A program made the translations under genes and the position numbers. This document shows positions 1-12,900 of a stretch of 64,000 nt of DNA, one piece after another (position 1 is the first letter of the stretch; every line of letters starts with the position of its first letter). This DNA is from Eledone cirrhosa. Taxonomy: Eukaryota. The stretch is from the NCBI GenBank assembly GCA_964016885.1, contig OZ024755.1, forward strand, positions 18,414,001 to 18,478,000. The letters run 5' to 3'. Under the pieces are notes generated by a model that was not told the origin of the DNA, made no database searches, and saw only the letters and a program-made list of their open reading frames with translations.

Positions 1-324
1 GTTTAGATAAAAATATCTTATATACACTTAAGAGAAAGCAACAGTGAGAAAGAGCAAAGAAAGGAACTGGTAAAGGGTCTTTTACAAGGCTAGCTTGAGC
101 TTCCAGAAATAAAGCAAAATCTTCCTAAAATTATATCCTACCATCTTACAAAAAGAAGGACACCATTGCATAATGTAGTTAAATGCCTGAAAAAAAAAAA
201 GACAAAAAAGAAAGAGGTGGTGGATCACTGTTGCAATGCATTTGATCATAGGTTTACTGTTTGACCAAGACTGACCTAGGGCTAAACAACAACATGAGAG
301 AGAGGATAGAAAAAAGACAAAGAG

Positions 325-502
325 TATATATACTCTGTGTGTGTGTGTGTGCATATTTCTATTCACACATTGTTTACATGATAGGAAATTTTTCTTAGAA
401 TTAAGTTAAAAAAAATTCTAAGAAGTTAAAAAAAATTCTAAGAAAAATTTCCCATCAGGTAAACAATGTGTGAACATAAATATGCACACACACACACAGA
501 GA

Positions 503-510
<8 letters not shown>
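325..510. repeat. Imperfect fold-back palindrome (~75-bp arms) including flanking microsatellite
   Basis: ttcacacattgtttacatgataggaaatttttcttagaatt (~362-402) is inverted at ~434-474. Symmetry extends through the (GT)n/(CA)n and atatatactct/agagtatatat. Confidence 0.8.
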
Positions 511-554
<44 letters not shown>

Positions 555-559
555 AATTT

Positions 560-656
560 GGGACCCCAAATATTTCACATTACCCACTCTACTACCCCTA
601 TTATCGAGTACTCTGGTGAGTAATGGTCTAACTGGTCTTTACTGCTTTCATTCTGA
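560..656 (+). mobile_element. Fragment of the same (AT)n-embedded element family as 998-1183
   Basis: attacccactctactaccc..tatcgagtactctggtgagtaatggtc aligns by eye with 1104-1160; flanked by (AT)n. Confidence 0.6.
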
Positions 657-867
657 TATATATATATACATATATATATTTACACACACCTACATATATA
701 TATATATATAGAGAGAGAGACACACACACATACATATATAAATACACACACACACCTACACATATATATATATACATATACATATACATATATATATTTA
801 CACACACCTACACATATATATATATAGAGAGAGAGATACATATATATATATATATATACACACACAT

Positions 868-900
<33 letters not shown>

Positions 901-917
901 AATACACACACACCTAC

Positions 918-948
<31 letters not shown>

Positions 949-959
949 CACACACACCT

Positions 960-997
<38 letters not shown>

Positions 998-998
<1 letters not shown>

Positions 999-1183
999 AA
1001 CCAGTAAGACCCCGACGGCTGAGCTCAAGCCGTTTCGACGGCTAATTCATCAATTAGCCGTCGAAACGGCTTGAGCTCAGCCATCGGGGTCTTACTGGTT
1101 CCTATTACCCACTCTACTACCCTAAGTATTGAGTACTTTGGTGCGTTATGGTCCACCTGGTTCCTTACCACATTTCCTTCGTT
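998..1183 (+). mobile_element. PLE-like non-coding element with 50-bp fold-back centred on a putative hammerhead stem II
   Basis: Arms 998-1047 and 1052-1101 (1 mismatch), loop CATC. Each arm carries the 3' half of an HHR: GAAAC-ggct..agcc-GTC/ATC. Inserted in (AT)n. Confidence 0.65.
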
Positions 1184-1331
1184 ATATATATATATATATA
1201 TATATATACAAACACACACATATAAATATACACACACCTACACATATATATATACATACAAACACACACACATATAAATATACACACACCAGCATATATA
1301 AAAATATTCCCCCCACACATATATAAATGAT

Positions 1332-1362
<31 letters not shown>

Positions 1363-1389
1363 GATTTATGATATATATATATATATATA

Positions 1390-1772
1390 TCATCATCATC
1401 ATCATCATCAGGTTTAGTGTCCGTGTTCCACGCTTGCATGGGTTTGGACGGGGGTTTTCCCACTTGAGGCAAGAGTGGTTGTCTTGCTCGCATAGGACTG
1501 TCTGGCGGGTTTTCTACAGTTGGATGCCCTTCCTAACACCAACCACATTTACAGTGTGGGGCTGGGAGGTTTTTACCGTGTTGCCTACATGGCCACATTA
1601 CAGCGTGGACTGTCTGGCGGGTTTTCTACAGCTGGATGCCCTTCCTAACACCAACCACATTTACAGTGTGGGGCTGGGAGGTTTTTACCGCGTTGCCTAC
1701 ATGGCCACATTTACAGCGTGCACTGTGTGTTTTTTTGTCGTGACACCTACACGATCTCATTTGTTTCGGCCT
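1390..1772 (-). mobile_element. SINE with RTE-type (GAT)n tail, internal duplication
   Basis: (CAT)n followed by the recurrent ctacagctggatgcccttcctaacaccaacc block, present twice; homologous to 15420-15735 and 47545-47815. Confidence 0.8.
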
Positions 1773-1810
1773 ATATATATATATATGATTTATGATATAT
1801 ATATATGATT

Positions 1811-1857
<47 letters not shown>

Positions 1858-4219
1858 TTATGATATATATATATATATATGATATATATATATATATAAA
1901 CAAAATTTAATATTTCTTTAAAGCTCTCTTTATTATTGAATCTCTTCACTCCTTTACCAGGTCTTTTAACCATTCATCTGTGACTTGAACAATATATTAT
2001 TTTCTATAAATCTTCACCTTCCCCCACAAACGTGTGTTACATTCAGTACACATCAATGGATTATTTCATATTGTGTATGTAACAGCCCAATAACTGCACC
2101 ATTTATTTGACATACACTAAATATACAATAACAACAACAACATCAACCTGTTACAGAAATCAATAAATTAATCACCCGATCAAACCCTCTTCATAATATT
2201 AAATAACAAGGTAGAATAAGAGAAAGAAAGTATCAATAGACCTTTTCTACACTAAATAAATATTGGCACAAGGCCACATCTTTTAGGGGTGGGTATGAAG
2301 AGTTGATTAAATCCTGTCCCTACCTCCCGTTTTATTTTATCGACCCCTACCAGAAGGATGAAAGGTAAATTCGAACTTCGAACTTTAAATGCCTGTAAAC
2401 ATATTTTACTACGCCGTGTTTTGTGTGATGCTCCAACTATTTAATTGATCCAATACTTTCCTCCCTTTAGATATATATTAATTACTAACTTGAGCATAAC
2501 ACTACAGTTTTGTAAGAGGTTGGTTGGGTGTATAATCAAGTGAAATAATTCCAGTAGATTGTTGTTAGCGGTAGTGTTGTTGTTAAAGCTCACACTCTAT
2601 GAAGGTCCCTGGGTCCTTTAATGATTAGAGACCCCGAGACCCCTGTCTTATCATGTCACCATTTTCCAGCACCAGGAGACATAATAATTTAAACTCAGAA
2701 CACACAAAGCCTACACCAGAAGGATTTGAATTGTAAATGTATTCCTTAAATTCCACATGGTATTTTAGATTTTAGTTCTTGATTATTTTCAACATTAATT
2801 GAAAATCATAGGCAGTGTTTTTTTTTTTTCCATTAGAAATATAGTTTCGAAAAGGTTAATAAAATTTGTAAAATAAGATAGGTTTGTGTGAGTTCTGGCA
2901 TTTTGGGTAGGGCCCTTTTTTTCAAAGAAATCTGAAGTGTGTTGGAAGATTATGAATAAATAGCCTTCTCATTTCTTCAAAACAAACGGCCCTGCCCAAA
3001 ATGCCAAAATTAATCTTTCTTCACATTCACAGCTTAGAAACTTATCTTGTTTTACAAATGTTATTACTAGTTTGAGTCTTCTGAAATACCCCTGAGTCTT
3101 ATAACAGCTGAGCCATGCACACCCGCACAAATACACACACTCTCTCTTCCTCAAGCAACAAGAAAACATACTCTAAACACTTCATATGTACAGAAAATAA
3201 TTCTTCTTCGGCTAAAAGTCAGACAAAATTAATTATACATGACAGCTCACACTATGTGATACAATTAATTGTATATATTTACATATATACAAAATGATGA
3301 GTAAATTCTTTTTATCCTCTCTGAAGAATTATAAGATTACAGTGCAGCAAAAGTGAAACACCAAAATGAACAGCAATGATGTTTTACTGGCTTGGCACTA
3401 TCCACCAATGTATATATATTTTTTTAAATCTTTGAGGTAATATGTAAAAATGAGATGCCGTAAAAATGCCAAGAACAATTAATACCAATAATAGAACTTT
3501 ATTGCCGAACACTGTTAGAATGTCAGAAGCCACATATTTATATGGAGACACACAGGAGATCTGATACAGATAGTGAAACAATACATTGGACTCCTCACAG
3601 CTGTAGAACACCTGACATAAACATAATAGAACCTCCATCAGTTTCAATGCTGGACTTTGATAGAATACAAAATACAATCATTCTATCAATTGGGTGGAAA
3701 GGGGTGGGTGGGTGAACTTGTGAATTAAAATATAAGTGGTTGAGTATTCCACAGATATGCGTACCCTTGTACCCTTAACACAACGCACAGGCAGAACCAG
3801 TGTGACACTGGTCAAGGCTTTTGTATTACAAAGTAAAAGACACTGGGTCAAGATTCCACACAGTGGAACCAAACCTGGAGCCTCATGATCCAGAAGTAAA
3901 CTTCTTACCCATTTAGCCATACTGTATCTATACTAGAAGTACACAGAAGCAGATTATTGGTACTTTCTTTCCTCTTTTGACTCATTTGTTTAAGAAAGAA
4001 AGAATACATGTTGGAAAGATCGATTGACAAGATCTTAGACCTACTTGCTTACCAAGTGAGATAGAACTTGTCAAATTGGACCAATAGAAAGACCAATGTT
4101 TCCATTGGTCTTTCTATTACTGATACTAACTCCTGGCAGAAAGAGCAACATGAAATAAAGTGTCTTGCTCAAGGACATAACACATCACCTGGTTCAGGAA
4201 TCGAACTTGCAGCCTCATT

Positions 4220-4410
4220 GTGGATTGGCAGTATCGGTAGAGGGTCGGACGGCATGATTTGCAGCAAAGAGTTACGGCCCTTTATGGTCTGAGTTCAAAT
4301 CCCGCCGAGGTTAACGTTGCCCTTCATCCTTACAGGGGGTCGATAAAATAAAGTACCAGTAATACACTGGGATAAATGCTGGCCTTGTGCCAAAAGTAGA
4401 AACAATTATT
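4220..4410 (+). mobile_element. tRNA-derived SINE family A (octopus-type)
   Basis: A-box-like tggcagtatcgg and B-box gagttcaaatccc, then the conserved gcctttcatccttacggggtcgataaaataaagtaccag body; about 20 copies or fragments in the window. Confidence 0.85.
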
Positions 4411-4510
4411 ATGAATCTAATCCTTTAACCACTAAACCTCACTTAGTGGATCTTAGTCATATAACCAAAAATGAAAATAGAATTATGCGTAACCTGTAGA
4501 GTCATAATAA

Positions 4511-4696
4511 GTGTTTCTACTTTTGGCACAAGGCCAGCAATCACCAGTGTATTACTGGTACTTTATTTTATCGACCCCGTAAGGATGAAAGGCAAAGTTA
4601 ACCTCGGCGGGATTTGAACTCAGAATGGCAAGGGCCGTAACTCTATGCGTCAAAGCATGGCGTCTGACCCTCTACCAGTACTGCCAATCCACCGCC
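4511..4696 (-). mobile_element. SINE family A with ~17-bp target-site duplication
   Basis: Full copy flanked by cctgtagagtcataata (from 4493) and cctgtagagtcatgata (from 4697). Confidence 0.9.
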
Positions 4697-4734
4697 CCTG
4701 TAGAGTCATGATAATGAAAGGAAATTATGTTAGC

Positions 4735-5133
4735 ATCATCATCAGCCCTACTACCACTCCACCATCACGACCGTCACCACCACCATCACCACCACCACCA
4801 CCACCACCAGCAGCAGCAGCAGCCCAGGAAATTGAACATTTCCAACAGCACCATCCTCATCATCCTCATCATCATCATCATCATCATTACCACTCACCAC
4901 CACCACCACCACCGCAACCGCCCAGGAAATTGAGCATTTCCAACAGCACCATTATCATCCCCAGCACCACCACCATCACTACCATCACTACTAACCACCA
5001 ACATCACCCCCACCAACACCACCACCACCACCACTACCACCATCACCACCACCATCACCACCACCACCACCACCACCATCACCCCCACCATCAACACCAC
5101 CACCACCAACACTATTACCCCTACCATCACCAC
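4735..5133. repeat. (CAC/CAT)n compound trinucleotide repeat
   Basis: Direct inspection; produces the poly-His/Pro ORFs. Confidence 0.9.
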
Positions 5134-5363
5134 TGATCCAGGATATTGAGTCTATTCAACGGCACTCAATGATTTATAAAAGTACACAGAAAGTGTAATG
5201 GAAACAAACAACAGACTTAGAGACTTCCTGATATCAAATTTTATTTTTAATTGGAAGGATATGAAAATAATTCATTGATTGTTGATAGAAACTCGCTATC
5301 AACAAACAATTAATAAACAAACAATTAATAAACAAACAATTAATAAACACTGTCTACAAAGTA

Positions 5364-6189
5364 ATAATTTCTACTATAGCACAACGCTAACAATTTGAAG
5401 GGGGTGGGGGTGGGTGGGTGAAATCGATTAAATTGACACCAGTGCATTACTGGTACTTTACTTTATTGACCCTGTAAGGATGAAAGGCAAAGCTAACCGT
5501 GGCAAGATTTGACCTAAGAATGTAAAGGGCCGTAACTCTATGCTGCAGAACATGGTGTCCGACGCTCTACGGGTTCTACCAATACCAAATAATTGTTTCT
5601 ACTTTAGGCACACGGCCAACAATTACCCAGTGCATTACTGGTACTTTATTTTATCGACCCCGTAAGGATGAAAGGCAAAGTCAACCTCGGCGGGATTTGA
5701 ACTCAGATCGTAAAGGGACGTAACTATGCTGGAAAGCATGGCGTCCGACCCTCTACCGATACTGCCAATCCACTGGTTTCTCATTTAGGTAGGAGGCCAA
5801 CAATTTTAGGGGAGGAGAAAGTCGATTAAATCGACCCTAGTGTATTACTGGTGCTTGATTTTATCGACCCCCATAAGGATGAAAAGCAAAGTTAACCTCG
5901 CCGATATTTGAACTCAGACTGTAAAGGGCCGTAACTCTATGCTGCAAAGCATGGCGCCTGACCCTGTACTGATACTGCCAATCCACTGTGATACAAAATA
6001 ACTGTTTCTACTTTAGGCACAAGGCCAGCAATTACCCAGTGCATTACTGGTACTTTATTTTATCGACCCCGTAAGGATGAAAGGCAAAGTCAACCTTGGC
6101 AGGATTTGAACTCAGATCGTAAAGGGACGTAACTATGCTGGAAAGCATGGCGTCCGACCCTCTAGCGATACTGCCAATCCACCGCCCTT
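5364..6189 (-). mobile_element. Cluster of four head-to-tail SINE family A copies
   Basis: Copies at ~5364-5585, 5590-5773, 5775-5986 and 6003-6189. The last is flanked by the TSD tgatacaaaataac (5989-6002 / 6190-6203). Confidence 0.85.
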
Positions 6190-6414
6190 TGATACAAAAT
6201 AACACTGAGTGCTTAGCAACTGTTCCTCTTGTGAATCTCATTATTAGTTAAAATACATCTTTAGACATTTTTGTCAATTTATTAGTTTGTTCTCTGTCTG
6301 CTCTTTAAATCAATTGATATTTTATTGAATATCAAAAATAAATCATTTTTCAAAAAGCCGACCATACCCAATTACACCTCTCAAAGGCGATGATACACGA
6401 CCGCGACCTGATAC

Positions 6415-6717
6415 AGAAGACCTGACCCCCACCCCCCACGGGTACAAGCTGAAGCGGAAGCATATAGACGATATTGACCCACACCCTCCCACTGCAAAGT
6501 GGACGTGTAGGCGCCATGGAAAAAAAGCACCCAGCACTCACTGTAAATGAGGTTGGTGTTAGGAAGGGCATCCAGCCACAGAAAACCTGCCAGATAGTCC
6601 TATACAAGCGAGACACAGTCACCCGACCAATCTTGCCTCAAGTGGGACAACTCCCGTCTAACCTATGCTAGTGCGGAAGAGAGACGTTAAACGATGATGA
6701 TGATGATGATGATGATT
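6415..6717 (+). mobile_element. SINE family B with 49-bp unit and (GAT)n tail
   Basis: cacccagcactcactgtaaatgaggttggtgttaggaagggcatcc block followed by a (GAT)n tail. Confidence 0.8.
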
Positions 6718-6846
6718 CTACCTAACTATAAAAACAACTAATTGTATATTTGATTATTTATCGAAGATTTATATCTAAGCTGAAAGGTTGGTAGTTTACG
6801 CTTGGTTTGTTAACAATACTCCCCTACAACCATGGCAAAGACACTT

Positions 6847-7059
6847 ACCATATTTACTCAAATATAAGCTGATCCGAATATAAGCCAACTTCTCCTATTT
6901 TATGTCTGAGAAATGGGCAAAAACCCAAACCCCATTCATAAGCCGAGGCAGCTAATCAACACCTTATTTAAATGGCATATATAAGCTGACCCCCCCCCCC
7001 ATTCTACCATCGATTTTTTGGTTACATATTCCTCAGCTTATATTCAAGCATATAAGGTA
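6847..7059. mobile_element. Tc1/pogo-like MITE
   Basis: Imperfect terminal inverted repeats taccatatttactcaaatataagctga / tcagcttatattcaagcatataaggta, with TA ends. Confidence 0.6.
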
Positions 7060-7965
7060 ATTTTCTTCTTAATATTTTTTATCGTTTAGTTAGACGGGTT
7101 AGATGGAAGTGTAATTCTCACCACTTCTATTCAGGTCTTCCTCTACTGTGACTTCCTTCCACTGGGATTACTTCACCCAACAATCATCATCCATGTGCAT
7201 CATGGTCGATCATACAAAGTACCAGTCAAAAACTGGGGTTGATTTAATCAATTTTGCTCTTTCCCCCACCAAATTTGTTGGCCTTGTGTTTCTAAATTAG
7301 GGATCAATATTTAATGATTATGATGAACACAAGCTTATACCTCATAAATACATGTTCCTACTACAAACAGTTGAGGAAAGAACAGTTTACAGATGGCACT
7401 ATGTTTAGAATTGTGAATTTGAAGAGGTTTTTTTTTTTCTTATTACAGTTGACTCAGTTATCTTAACTTATGCCTGTCTATTTGACAAGCGCTAACTAGG
7501 TTTACACAAATTATCAAATAGTCAAATAAAAAAAACCTGAGTACAATGAAGTGGGACAACAAACCATTTTTCACCAATATTTGTTCATATTAACTGGATA
7601 GCAGTATAAATAATAGAGTTGGGAGAAGGAGAGGAAAGTTCCATAGTTCTGTGTAGTTTATGAATGAATAGGAAATATTGTTATGAATGGTTAAATAGAA
7701 TGGTTATGTTTATTTAGCCAGATTCAAAACTGGGTAGAAAGCACAGACCATAAAACAATGCTTAATAACAATAGAGTTGAGAGAGAGGAGGGCGGGAGGT
7801 CCTAATATTAAAAAAATGTAGCAAAGATACAATAAATGACATGAGATTAAAGTAGATTTAAGGGATTACATAAAACAATATGGACAAGTAAAACATACAA
7901 ATACATTTCTTTGTGTGTTTGCATGTGTGTATGTGTGTGTGTGTGTGTATATAAATGTTTGTATG

Positions 7966-7997
<32 letters not shown>

Positions 7998-8096
7998 CGT
8001 GTGTGCATGGATATATACATATATGTATGTATCATTTAACGTCCATTTTCCCTAATATATTTGTTCATGTCTGTATATATATATGTATGCATGCAA

Positions 8097-8143
<47 letters not shown>

Positions 8144-8238
8144 AATTAATATTTGTGAGTGGTCAGGATGATTGATTTTGTAGTGTGTGTATATATATAT
8201 ATATATATAGTTATGTAATAAACAACATAAGATAATTA

Positions 8239-8298
8239 TTTCATTTACCAGTGGTTTCTTGAAAGCAAATAAATCTGCTTTCAGTCGTCAGAATGAAA
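8239..8298 (-). ncRNA. Type I hammerhead ribozyme motif
   Basis: Exact reverse complement of 8390-8449. Confidence 0.8.
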
Positions 8299-8389
8299 AA
8301 AACAGTGTTTTTTTATTAAATGTGGATTTGAAAACCCACATTTCAAAACCCATTTTTCAAATCCACATTTAATAAAAACACCATGTTTT

Positions 8390-8449
8390 TTTCATTCTGA
8401 CGACTGAAAGCAGATTTATTTGCTTTCAAGAAACCACTGGTAAATGAAA
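8390..8449 (+). ncRNA. Type I hammerhead ribozyme motif
   Basis: Stem I tttcatt/aatgaaa; CUGACGA (8397-8403); stem II tgaaagcaga/tttgctttca; GAAA; stem III acca/tggt; GUA cleavage triplet (8440-8442). Confidence 0.8.
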
Positions 8450-8541
8450 TAATTATCTTATGTTGTTTATTACATAACTAATAAGCTCTGTAACCTACAT
8501 AGAGCACTCTTTTTTCCTGTACCTTTCCGACGGAATTACTT

Positions 8542-8580
<39 letters not shown>

Positions 8581-9243
8581 ACACACATCCAACCATCTCG
8601 ACCACTCACAAATATAAACTTGAATAATGTTATTAACAGAAATATATAAAAAAAAAATTCCTCTTTAGTAAAACTTTCAGCTTGGTTGGAGGGGAAGGAT
8701 TTAGTAATGAAGGTGAGAACATGGCAGCTGTTTTCATCCTTTGATCTGGAGATTCTTGTTACCATTATCATTATTATTATTATTAAGCATTATTATTATC
8801 ACCATTATCATCATTATTATTTTATATTATTATTGCTCTTATCTCTATTTCCCTGTATTAGTCGGAATATGGATGGAACTCAACAATGTGCTGACGATAT
8901 TTTCTATATAGGAATATGCTGATGAAATTATACAAAAAGACTTGTGAATTCTTTCAAAAATTGTAGTGAATACAACGTATTAATTCTACGATCTTATATA
9001 AATGCTGCATCCCCTCACAACGATGATGATGATGATGATGATGAAGTTGGTGATAACAACAACAACAGCAGCAGCAGCAATAATGATGATGATGATGATG
9101 ATAATAATACTAATAATGATAATACCAAAAATCTAATAAACATAATTGTAGGCGCTTTTCAAAAAAAGCAATTTTCATCATAGAAAATTACTACTACTAC
9201 TACTACTGCTGCTACTACTAATCATAATTACTATTATTATTAC

Positions 9244-9283
<40 letters not shown>

Positions 9284-11982
9284 AATCTTTCAAACAAAGG
9301 AGTCAGACTACTCAAGTTAGTAACAAAAGCCATAATAATAATAAAAAAATGAGTGTAAAATCAAAGAGTAAGCTAAATAGAAAATTAATGGTTGGGGTGG
9401 GGGTAGAGATATAGTGGGGTAGGGATATGGTGGAGTGGGGATGGGGTAAGACCATTTGTCCAATTTTTCGTGTTTTACTAATTTTCAATATTATTCAACT
9501 AAATAAAAAGAACATATAAAAGAATAAATACTTATAAGAACAACTCACTTTCTAAAATCATATTATGGAAAAAAAATGAAATAAAATAAAAATGATAATG
9601 TTTTACCAAAAATGGACTGAAGGTTAAAGCTATTAAAAGCTTTATTTTTAGAAATGTTTAGAAAAAAAGGACAGAACTATTATTGGTCTTTTCCATTTTG
9701 GCTTGGAACAGCATGTAGAGATAGATAGTTCATTTAGTATAATAAATGTATTTGAGTAGTTTTGTGATTGGCTGATTGATTGGTTAAAGATGGTATAAAT
9801 ATGGCTGTTAAGTTAAACACACTGATGGTGAACAGATAAAGACAGAACAGCTGAGTTTGTCTCTTATAAAATATATTACAGCTGCTTCTGATTCACTAAA
9901 AACATACTAGTTTACCTACTATTCCCATTGATTGATAGTTGGTGTTCCAACTGATGATACTTTCTGAGCTTTTATGGAATTCAATTATTTGTATGGTGAG
10001 ATGGGAATCTGGAACATTGAAGAGATTCCATGTTCTCTGTTAATTTTAAACTAATGGATTCCAGCATTAGTTATGATGTTGAAGAGTGTCTGAACTGCTT
10101 TGATAAGTTATCAGACAACTATCTGAGGGATTGGTGGTTTATATATTTTCTCACTGGTAAAGTGTAGTGTCCATGACCAAGATATAGGCCCTCGTGGTCA
10201 AGATATAAGTCCTGTTGGCCACCCTCAACTCTTTAAGTCATTACCATGGGGTAATATGATGACAGTGGGCCCTTCGTTGGGTTCAGTGATTTGATTAACT
10301 GAAACATGTGTCATGTAAATTAACATGTAAGTAGTTGAGTATTCCTCAGGTTATGTATTTACTTATAGATAAGTTTCACTTTCATTTTACATACAACACT
10401 TACAATATACTATATATTTTGAATTGAGGTTTTGTAGGTCTAGTGGGGTGGAGGAACTGAGGAGGTTCAATGGCCACCCAGTAGTGTGTATAAAACAATT
10501 AGTAGACAAATCTCGGTTGGAAGACTGTCTAGGAGAAGGATCATTTTAATTTCAAAACTGGAGTAGATGGGACTCCTTAGTCACTTTGGTAACAACCTTT
10601 CAAGTAGCCAACGACTTTATCCTTGCAATGAAAGTGGGTAAGCTACGACTCAGTAGTCAGCTTCTGGGTAATGGTTGGACAAGGATTTGGGACCCACCCA
10701 ACGTCATTTTTTTCCTGAGGATAATCATGGACATAGAGCATCATATAGATTAGCATTGGTGTTACTGTCCATATCCAAATTAAAAGCTTCCACCATAATT
10801 TCATGTAACAACTGTCTTTGTATAGTTATGTTCCAAACTCAAACTTAATAACAGTTTTTAATGGTTTCTAATTTAGGCAGAAAACCAGTAATTTCAAGGG
10901 GAGGGGTAAGTCGATTATATTAACTCAGTACTTTACTGCTACTTTATTTCATCGACCCTGGGAGAATAAAAGGTAAAGTTGACCATGTTGGGATTTGAAT
11001 TCAGAATGTTAACAACCTAGAACAAATACTGCAAAACATTTTCATTTTTGTCTGACACATTACCAATTCTGCCAACCCTCCACCTACATCAACTTAATCA
11101 GGTAGAAGTTAGTTTTTTTTACTAAATCATTCGAAACTCAGGATTATTTTTGACGTAATTGAATCAGCTAAGCAGTGTATATTAATAGTAATATGTCCAG
11201 GAAAGCGTTAATGCTATAAATAAAGCACAACACTAATTTAGCAAAGACAGTGTGAGGGAATGAGGGAGATAGGTAGGGAAGAAGTTTTTGTCAAAGATAA
11301 AAGTATTAAGTAGATTGTCTAGAACATGTCTGAATACTTTAAATATAGCTGTTGTTTTTTGTGGTTCAGTTCATTTAATTGAATAATCAGGCATGAGAAT
11401 ATTTAGAACAACAACATTCAGTAATAAGCTAAACAATCTGAAGAACTCTTATCTTGAAAAAGAATGAAAAACTAGGAAAGAACAGTCTTGAAATTTTTAA
11501 GAATAGGAGGAAAGAATTTGAAACAAGATATAAACATACAGTAAAAGTAATACATGCACTCCCACATGTGTGTACATGGATGTGTGTGAGTGTATATCAT
11601 CATCGTCAATGTTTTATGTCTATTTTTCATGCTAGTATGGGTTAGACGAGTTGTCCTGTTGTGGGCAATGCTAGGTCAGGTGACCATGTCTTGCTCATAT
11701 AAAACTGCTTTTGGCTTGGTTTCTACAGCTCGATGCCATTCCTAATGCCAACCACATTTACAGTGTGTGCTGGGTGCTTTTTATCATGACCACTTTAATA
11801 ACAAATGTTTTGAAGAACCAAAACGGAGAAAGCAGGCTTTGCTAACATCAATTTTTTTTAATATCTTATACATCCTTTATACATATATACCAGGTGCGCT
11901 TTTCAAACCCTCTTTTAAAATCGTTTCCCTTATATAACATGATCTGTATAGAACGTTTTCTAACGTCCACACTTTCTTCCCA

Positions 11983-12201
11983 CATGGCTTAGTGGTTAGA
12001 GCATTGGCCTTGCAATCGAAAGGTTGTGTGTTCAATTCTCAGACTGGGTGATGTGTTGTTTCCTTGAGCAAGACACTTTATTCCCACATTGCTCCAGTTT
12101 ACTCAGCTGTAGAAATGAGATGATAGGGACTAGGGTCCCTATCATTCCACTGCAAAGTGGTCGTAGAGATGCCACGGCAAAAAAAGCACCCAGCACTCAC
12201 T
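11983..12201 (+). mobile_element. SINE family B, 3'-truncated (tRNA head present)
   Basis: catggcttagtggttagagca (A box) ... gttcaattctc (B box); matches 58546-58740. Confidence 0.8.
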
Positions 12202-12223
12202 AATAGTGAGTGTTGTTCTAGAG

Positions 12224-12900
12224 CAAAGGTTCTCAACGGGAGGCATATGCACCCCCGGGGGGGGGGGGGGGGGGGGCGTTTGGGAGCAAGGTCACGTTAG
12301 GGGGGCGTTTGGGGCTGGGGGGCTGGAAAGCTCTTTATTTTGGTAAGTTTTATAAGCCATATTTGTATGTCTTTGAGACAGCCAGTGTGAATGCATTTGA
12401 ATGAGCTTGCAGACAGCATAACTATAGTCTGACCGCAGCTGTGAGCAGGTGTGCAGGCATGTCCAGTAATTGAGACGTTAACCGGTAATTGAGATCCTAA
12501 AAATGGAAAAAAGCACAGTCAACTGGGTCAAGGACACTTTGAGCGCAGCCAGTTAGAATCTTATCTTTCCTTCATGGATACAATGTATTTCATGTCTAAA
12601 ATTATTGACTCAACCGTAACGAGTTAACACTATGTAGATCTATTTTATTCCCTATTGTATAAATAGAATAAAAAAAAGAAAAGAAAAAACAAAAGCGGGT
12701 CGCACACACATCTAGGACCACATACAACACATAATCAGATAATACACACATCTTTGGAATATTGTTAATCAATTTTTTAGTAATCTACTGATATAAAAAT
12801 CAGTAGTATATTGAAAAATGGAAAAATAGGGGGGGGGGGGGGGGATTCGTGATTTCGAGGGACAAAAGTGGGCGTTTGGCCTAAATGGGTTGAGAACCTG
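12224..12900. mobile_element. Non-autonomous hAT (Charlie-like) DNA transposon
   Basis: Termini caaaggttctcaac / gttgagaacctg and a perfect 8-bp TSD TTCTAGAG (12216-12223 and 12901-12908), the typical Charlie NTCTAGAN target. Confidence 0.85.

Larger units (their letters stand above)
8209..8545. mobile_element. PLE-like non-coding element with ~120-bp inverted arms, each carrying a hammerhead
   Basis: 8209-8325 is the near-perfect reverse complement of ~8355-8480; (AT)n on both flanks. Confidence 0.8.

Noticed and set aside
3315-3365. CTGAAGA...GAAAC spacing
   Set aside because: No stems I-III and no cleavage triplet; likely chance.
4220-4310. tRNA gene
   Set aside because: The A/B boxes belong to a multicopy SINE head; there is no complete cloverleaf.
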